From Clostridia bacterium (GTDB taxonomy: Bacteria; Bacillota; Clostridia; Christensenellales; Aristaeellaceae): a DNA stretch of 14,092 nucleotides. The notes under the pieces were generated by a model that was not told the origin of the DNA, ran no database searches, and was given only the letters and a program-made list of their open reading frames with translations. A program made the position numbers and the translations under genes. The stretch covers positions 1 through 14,092 of the forward strand of contig JAZRWA010000022.1 in assembly GCA_045599485.1 (NCBI GenBank). The letters run 5' to 3'. Of this stretch, positions 13,448-14,092 are shown one piece after another. Numbering within the stretch: the first letter of the stretch is position 1; each line of letters begins with the position of its first letter.

Positions 13448-14092
13448 ATGTATAAAAGAATGATGGTTTTGCTGTTGGCACTGCTGCTGTTTGGCACAGC
13501 GGCTTTGGCGGACAGTGATGCTTCCATTGAGTTTCGCTCTGTTCCGTGGGGAACATCGGTAATGGAAACCTGTGCGCGGATCTTGCAGGCGGCAAAAGAC
13601 GGCAATACGCTCACTGCGGAAGCGATGGCAGCGAATAGCGTGGAAGGCGCCACGTTCCTTTCTGTGCTGACCGACTGGAAGGGGGATATGGTGCCTGTGC
13701 CAATGATCGCACAGGGACCGTGTTTCAAGCTGGTTGCCACAGACCGTGTGAGCCTGAAGATGGCCGGGCATGATGTTGACACCCTGTGGCTGGGTTTTGT
13801 CAGGGAGCAGGGCGAATGGAGCCTGGCGACGGTACTGATCGGCCTGAAAGCCGGCAGCGGTACCGATGCACAGTTTGAGGATCTGTCCGCAAAGCTGACC
13901 CAAGTGTATGGCGACAGCCATGAGAAGAACGGTTATGCCTGGTGGGAAGGAAAGGACAGCACCATGGTGGGGCTGGTGGCGCAAAACAGGGACGCCTGGT
14001 ATATGAACGCATTGAGCGCGGATGCCTCCCTGTGCTATGTGAATGTGCTGATGTACGCGAAAGTGTACAGCATGGAGGCGGTGGAAAACATG
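13448..14092 (+). CDS. Exported hypothetical protein, N-terminal 215 codons (3' end outside window)
   Basis: Translated by hand: ATG 13448 lies 8 nt after GGAGG (13435-13439). MYKRMMVLLLALLLFGTAALA/DSDASIEFRSVPWG... is open with no stop to the window end, which is why it is missing from the ORF track. Typical Sec signal peptide. No family recognised. Confidence 0.7.
   Translation, partial: MYKRMMVLLLALLLFGTAALADSDASIEFRSVPWGTSVMETCARILQAAKDGNTLTAEAMAANSVEGATFLSVLTDWKGDMVPVPMIAQGPCFKLVATDRVSLKMAGHDVDTLWLGFVREQGEWSLATVLIGLKAGSGTDAQFEDLSAKLTQVYGDSHEKNGYAWWEGKDSTMVGLVAQNRDAWYMNALSADASLCYVNVLMYAKVYSMEAVENM

Noticed and set aside
1-14092. Prophage, plasmid or other mobile-element origin (phages are the known TAG recoders), CRISPR arrays, defence systems
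   Set aside because: No integrase, transposase, terminase, capsid genes, attachment-site repeats or spacer-repeat arrays are present. The content is core chromosome (rplS, typA, prfC, tRNA-Ser, TrmH) with normal operon structure.
1-14092. UGA recoding (selenocysteine, code 4 or code 25)
   Set aside because: No gene shows an in-frame TGA, and TGA is the most used terminator here (8 of 12), ending at family-typical C-termini.

Overview
GC-rich (roughly 60% by eye) chromosomal segment with Firmicutes/Clostridia-style signals: GGAGG ribosome-binding sites, TTGACA/TATAAT promoters and hairpin-plus-T terminators. Thirteen protein genes and two tRNA genes fill almost the whole window. In order: a partial uridine-kinase-like gene; a TrmH/SpoU RNA methyltransferase (-); a PucR/CdaR-type regulator; four exported enzymes (S41 C-terminal processing protease, two tandem NAGPA/DUF2233-like phosphodiester glycosidase paralogs, a lipoprotein-type PIG-L/LmbE deacetylase); a GT4 glycosyltransferase; tRNA-Ser(GCU) and tRNA-Ser(UGA) (-); prfC (RF3); typA/bipA; a YhhN-family membrane protein; rplS; and a partial exported hypothetical protein. 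KEY OBSERVATION: four genes (TrmH, PucR, PIG-L, GT4) look split in the six-frame track, but each break is a single in-frame TAG. There are five in total: complement 698-700, 1824-1826, 6479-6481, 7354-7356 and 7705-7707. Each time the same frame continues straight through the TAG, and indispensable family motifs lie downstream of it. The window has no in-frame TGA or TAA and no frameshifts. None of the 12 genes whose 3' end is visible stops at TAG (8 TGA, 4 TAA). This is the signature of UAG being read as a sense codon, either by stop-codon reassignment or by very efficient amber decoding. The context is core chromosome (rplS, typA, prfC, tRNAs), not phage. No CUA-anticodon tRNA lies in this window and the inserted amino acid cannot be determined here. 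Genome-level checks are listed under findings. The long antisense ORFs are GC-driven shadow ORFs.
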